Below, piece by piece: positions 45,523-50,803 of a DNA stretch of 50,803 nucleotides; the first letter of the stretch is position 1; each line of letters opens with the position of its first letter. Below the pieces are notes generated by a model. That model made no database searches. It was not told where the DNA came from and saw nothing but the letters and a program-made list of their open reading frames with translations. Location of the stretch: assembly GCA_031763465.1 (NCBI GenBank), contig JARFOE010000203.1, forward strand, positions 6,205,208-6,256,010, in the 5' to 3' direction. Source of the DNA: Squatina squatina. Lineage: Eukaryota. Position numbers and translations under genes: made by a program.

Positions 45523-46329
45523 TTTGGGTGTAGATTATCACTGTAATTTTATTTTTTATTACTGGGNNNNNNNNNNNNNNNNNNNNNNNNNNNNNNNNNN
45601 NNNNNNNNNNNNNNNNNNNNNNNNNNNNNNNNNNNNNNNNNNNNNNNNNNNNNNNNNNNNNNNNNNAGTGATTACTGAAACTGTCTCATGTCGTTCCCAC
45701 ATTGTGCAAAGTCTCAAACAGTACACTCCAGGTCATGGCCATTTCTGATATTGCTTCACTAAATAAGTGCACAATAGTTAGCACCAGTTACCAACAAAGC
45801 AGGAACAAAGTCTGCCTTTCAGTCAGTGCCGTTAGGTGATTTTTTTTTGTTATTGTCACTTTCTAGGAACAGCAGCTCTCAAAATTTGAGTCTTGCGATT
45901 GAGATTCTCCCCACTGCATGTCAGTAAATCTAATCACTGGGCAATCGGTAATACCAGCCAATATCACGGAACAAGACTTGGAGAACCACAAAATGTTGAG
46001 GGGTAGTTCTTTTCCTCTTCAGAACTTGGGATTAAGAACTCAGTGGGGTCGAAGCCCTTAGACTAGAAACATGCGCAAGCGGCTCACAATTTCCTGTCCT
46101 TTCAATTCACCTTGTACCCAATTTTGCAATAAAGGCCGCCACCCCCAAACTCTTACAGCCTGAGCCCAGTAGGAAAATCTACCATTAAAAGTGTCGATGT
46201 TCAGCCAACTGAACTGCTGAGCCATTCTGAGAGGAGATGGTCATCCTATGACTGCTGTGGGGTTTACTATTGGCTAGCAATGAATAAAGGGCCTGCCAAC
46301 CTCCATCTTTCAATGTAGGTGGCAAGAAA

Positions 46330-46805
46330 GATTTGCATTTATACAGCCTCTTTCATGGTCTCAGGACATCCCAAAAAGCTTTACAGCCAATGAAATAGTT
46401 TTGAAGTGTGGACAATGTTGTAAAGTAGGAAACACTGCAGTTAATTTCTGCACAGCAAGGTTCCGCAAATAATAAAGTGATAATGACCTATAACTCACCA
46501 AGATCTCTGATTTCCTCCTGTTCTGGCCTCTTGAGCATCCCTGATTATAATTGCTCCACCACTGGCAGCCGTGCCTTCAGCTATCTAGGCCCTAACTTCT
46601 GGGATCCCTTCCTTAAACCTCTCAGCCTATCTACCTCTCTTTCCTCTTTTAAGACACTCCTTAAAACCTAGGTCTTTGGCCAAGCTTTTGGTCACCTGTT
46701 CTAATATCTCATGTGGCTCTGTGTTAGTGTGTTGTCTGAGAATAGCTCCTGCAAATTGCCTTGGAATGTTTTACTGTGTTAAAGGCGCTATATAAATGCA
46801 AGTTG
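46330..46805. mobile_element. SINE tail (minus, 46330-46490) joined to L2 3' end (plus, 46490-46805)
   Basis: GSRAFSYLGPNFWDP...SFKTLLKT and an aaggcgctatataaatgcaagttg tail. Confidence 0.75.
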
Positions 46806-48834
46806 CTGGAGGAGGTTACAGGGGCAAGGAAGTCTGAGGCCATGGAGGCATTGGAACACAAAGGTGAGAATTGTAACCAATGTAGGTCCACGAGCACAGG
46901 GGTTGATGGGCGAATGGGGACTTGGTGTGAGTTAGAACACAGACAGCAGAATTTTGGATGAATTGAAGTTTAGGGAGAGTAGAGTGGTGTGTCTGTGAAT
47001 TGGGATTTTCAGAATTGAGTTGGTGCCTTGTACCTTGTGTAACAGGGGCCGAATCATTGCATATTTAAAGGCGATGTACTGCAGATGTAGCTTTTAGGTT
47101 GGGCAGAGATTTGCAAGAGGTGTATGTCACAATTGCTGCTTGCAACACACTGTCACTTCTGAGGTCATTTGGCTATCTCTGACCTTTAACTTTGTCTGAA
47201 GGCTTCTTACCGGGTTTTGCCAGATCGACATTACTATGGCAATAACATTCCCAAGTTGCATTCACCCTTCCCCCCCANNNNNNNNNNAAACTGTATAACG
47301 CTGAAGTGACACGGAGGACCATTTGCACAGCGACTCGGTCAACATCCATCACAATGGCAACAGCATTCCCAAATCCCACTCGCATGTTGTTCTGTTGAAT
47401 GCCTGAACAGTTAGCGATCGCATTGCTATCTTAACACGGCCTCTGTCGCTGCGGAAACCACATGTCCATGTCCCAGGTCCAGCCTTGTTCTGTTTGATAA
47501 CAGCTGGACACAGATGTGTGGAGCTCCCTCTGTTGATCGCATTGTAAGCAAAATAAGGCCCGGGTTCCATGATCCGATTGATGGTTTTGTTGGTCCACGA
47601 AAACTTGCGCTCGTGATTCCCCCGTCAGGTCAGAGGAGCAGGTTTTAATGATGTNNNNNNNNNNAGTTGAGCCCACTGCACCCACAAAGACTGGCTCCCC
47701 CAAGTCTGTGTGTGAAGTGGAAAGTGTCACAGAGACATCATTCTTCCGAAATAGCCATCAGTGTAAAGGTTTGCACACCATAAGATCCCACGAACAACAA
47801 TGTGATAATGACCAGATAATTCTGTTTTTTTAGTGATGTTGATTGAGAGATAAATCCTTAGGACACCAGGGAGAACTTCCCTGCGCTTCTTCACAACAGT
47901 TCCCAGCAGGGGGAATTAACNNNNNNNNNNNNNNNNNNNNNNNNNNNNNNNNNNNNNNNNNNNNNNNNNNNNNNNNNNNNNNNNNNNNNNNNNNNNNNNN
48001 NNNNNNNNNNNNNNNNNNNNAAAAAATTCAACTCCTCTCCTCCTCTGCTTCTTTTGCTAATTATCTTAAATCTGTGCCCTCTAGCTAAGTGACACTCCTC
48101 TCACTGGAAACGGTTTCTCCCTATCTACTCTATCAAAATGCCTCATAATTTTGATTGCAATTTTCCATCTGCTAATGTCAAAGTATTAAAAAACTGCCAG
48201 CAATGCACCCGTGACTCTTCGATAAGCCACCCACTTTGTGGGGTCCGACAGTGCCACTGGGGGGAGGGGGAGGAGGGGAAGGAGATCTCGGAAAAATCCA
48301 CCCACTGGATGCATCAACAGCTTTGGGATAAATAGGTAAAAGTGCAATTGCTGAGTAAATCCTGCCTCTGCTTTTTTACAGCAAGCTAGCTGCTAGCACG
48401 AGAGAGAGAAAGCGCATTGGTCCAAAGTATATGGGCAGCTGTTCAATAGATTATTTTCATAAAGTCCTTACATGTTCAAAAACAACCTGGTCACAGGTTT
48501 AAAATCAGTTTGTGTTCAAGGTCCAATATTGTTACCTGCAGAAAGAATCACGGTTGATAAACTCTCAAAGGTCACAGTTGAAGATGATTACTTCGGTCCG
48601 CAGCCCGACAGGTTCAGTATTGAAGTCTCTATGTACTGACAAAGACAGGGGACATGTGCATCTTTTGCATGAATGGTGGCCCGAGTGCGAGGAAGTTGTT
48701 GCATTGCCAGTAGTTTTGCATAAAGTCCACTGTACGTGACCAGCAACTGATAAGCTATTTCCTGTAATAAAAAGAAAATAATACAGAACATAAAAAAAAT
48801 GAAATTAATCAAGGCAAAATATCATCAATCACAA

Positions 48835-49112
48835 CCTTGGCTCAGTGGTAGCTCTCTCAGGACATCCCAAAGTGTTTCACAACCAATGAAGTATGTTTGA
48901 AGTGTAGTCACTGATGTAAGGTAGGAAACATGGCAGCCAATTTACTCCCACAAGCAGCAATGTAAATACTGATTCAGGGATAAATATTGGCCAGGATACC
49001 AGAGATAACTCTCCTGCAATATACTGCCTGGGGATCTTTTGCATCCACTTGAGAGAGCAGATGTCCTCAGCTTAACATCTTATCCAAAGATGGCACCTCT
49101 AACAGTGCTGCA
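48835..49112 (-). mobile_element. Deu-domain SINE fragment
   Basis: ggacatcccaaagtgtttcac...gggataaatattggccagga...ccaaagatggcacctc. Confidence 0.75.
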
Positions 49113-49684
49113 AGAGATTAGTGTGCAAAATTAAAGCACATGGTATTGGGGGTAATGTATTGACGTGGATAGAGANNNNNNNNNNNNNNNNNNNNNNNNN
49201 NNNNNNNNNNNNNNNNNNNNNNNNNNNNNNNNNNNNNNNNNNNNNNNNNNNNNNNNNNNNNNNNNNNNNNNNNNNTGATGCGTAAATATGTTACTAAGGG
49301 GACAGATCACACTATTTTCAAATGTTCATTTTCATCCATGAAAAATACTTAATAAAGCCTGGCTTATATCCTAATGTCTGGATCATAGGAGGTTATACCT
49401 GAGAAATTTAAGCCAGTCAGCCTTAATACATTCATATTATTTCATATGGATAATGGTTATTTTTAATTCAGTTATACTTTTAATCTTGTTCAAATTATTA
49501 ACCTGCCCTATGCCAAATGCAGAAAAAAACAAACAGTAGTCTTTCAGGGTGTGATGGGAGATTGGAGCAAACATCCTTAAACCATAAGCCAAAAAGGAAT
49601 CTGTTTGGAAAACACGGCACAGGTGCCATTTTAAAATCCCCATGTATCTCAAAGAACTAGACAGAATAAAAGGAAAGATCTTAC

Positions 49685-49766
49685 GTTTCCTGGCCTCAGC
49701 AACCTTCTCTGCAGCACGTTTTTCAGCATGGAGAAGCTGCTGTATTCCTTGTGACTGGCTGGCCAT
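49685..49766 (-). CDS. ATP6V1G2: V-type ATPase subunit G, first coding exon (82 nt); G2 inferred from MHC context
   Basis: [28 protein letters not shown]|gtaag; an acceptor at 49818-49819 implies an upstream non-coding exon. Confidence 0.75.
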
Positions 49767-50044
49767 TTTATTTTCTCTCTCTGTCTCTGCCTCTCCTCCG
49801 AGGTCAGGTACCAGATGCTGAAAGAAAAGGATTCCTCAGGGTCCTAGTGCTTGTCGCATTCTAATTCAGACTGGCTGTCACAGATTTCAAAGGTGGATCA
49901 TGTTTTTTCCCCTACCATGTTTTTTCCCCCAGTGAAATGTTTGTTGGACACTAAAGGCTGTTGTACGCAATTGAATATTAGTGACATCGAATATAAGAGA
50001 GCTCACGACGCAATCTTGTATTCCTTTGAATATAGAAGATGAAC

Positions 50045-50405
50045 TAAATGACGTGTTTAAGATGATTAAAGGGTTTGATAGGGTAGACAGAAAGAAATGA
50101 TTTCCTCTGGTGGGGGGAGTTCAGAACAAGGGGGCATAGCCTTAAAATTAGAGCCAGGCCATTCAGGAAGCACTTCTTCACACAAAGGTAGTGGAAATCT
50201 GAATTCTCAGCCTCAAAAAGCTGTTGATGCTGGGAGCCAATTGAAAATTTCAAAACTGAGATTGATAGATTTTTGTTAGGCAAAGGGGATTAAGGGTTAT
50301 AGAACATAGGCAGGTAAATGGAGTTAAGATACAGATCAGTCATGATCTAATTGAATGGAGGAACAGGCTTGAGGGGTTAAATGGCCTCCTCCTTTTCCTA
50401 TGTTA
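50045..50405 (+). mobile_element. CR1 LINE 3' end
   Basis: gtgtttaagatgattaaagggtttgatagggtagac...cagatcagtcatgatctaattgaatgg...gcctcctccttttccta. Confidence 0.85.
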
Positions 50406-50803
50406 GGGGATGTAGGTGCTATATTAGTCAGTTTTCCAGTGGAGTAGTGTTTTTTGGGGGCAGGGAAGAGAGAGATCCACATGGGAAATTGGACTCCCCC
50501 TTGGTATAGAAACACTGCTGTGGCCATTGCAGTTCTGAACCTCTTCCTTTTGCTTCAAATATACATTCTCATGCGCCCTTCCTCCTCCTCCCTGTGCCTA
50601 CAGTGCTAAAACTGTGACACAATACACTCCTGTTTTAATTCACTTTTCTCCTCAAACCCCTGAACCTCCTCAATCTTCCTTACCTTCTGCAATCTGTAGG
50701 CTTTCAATACCCAAATCTTACATAAATTTTATAGCACAGAAATAGGCCATTCAGCCCAACTGGTCTATCCTCCACATGAGCCTCCTCCCACCCCACTTCA
50801 TCG

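Noticed and set aside
47288-47654. Unique CpG-containing insert between two 10-N gaps with minus-strand ORFs
   Set aside because: No recognisable motif or splice signals; cannot be assigned without a search.

Overview
Vertebrate genomic DNA, most likely a cartilaginous fish (inferred from Deu-domain tRNA-SINEs, CR1/L2/Penelope repeats and TRIM gene style). It is not prokaryotic: no operons, CRISPR, rRNA or tRNA genes were found. The window is a chain of short contigs joined mostly by fixed 100-N (some 10-N) gaps, so most genes are exon fragments and adjacency across gaps is unproven. Spliced exons read from the sequence: four RING/B-box/PRY-SPRY-type TRIM loci (one complete 6-exon gene at 25162-29094, one pseudogene, two fragments), ZCCHC17, a divergent LHX2/LHX9-type homeobox terminal exon, four tenascin-X-like FNIII exons plus a probable decayed one, a FAM83A exon, two butyrophilin IgC exons, a carnitine acetyltransferase-like gene, two versions of a PRRT1 exon, a CYP2 exon and ATP6V1G exon 1. 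TNXB, PRRT1, ATP6V1G2, BTN and TRIM are MHC class III/extended-MHC markers. The best leads are candidate MHC-linked ohnologs that mammals lack at this locus (an LHX2/9-like gene, and a CRAT-like enzyme with an altered oxyanion motif and no PTS1), and TRIM genes with ISRE/NF-kB motifs next to their start codons. Comparisons with human proteins are from memory, not from database searches.
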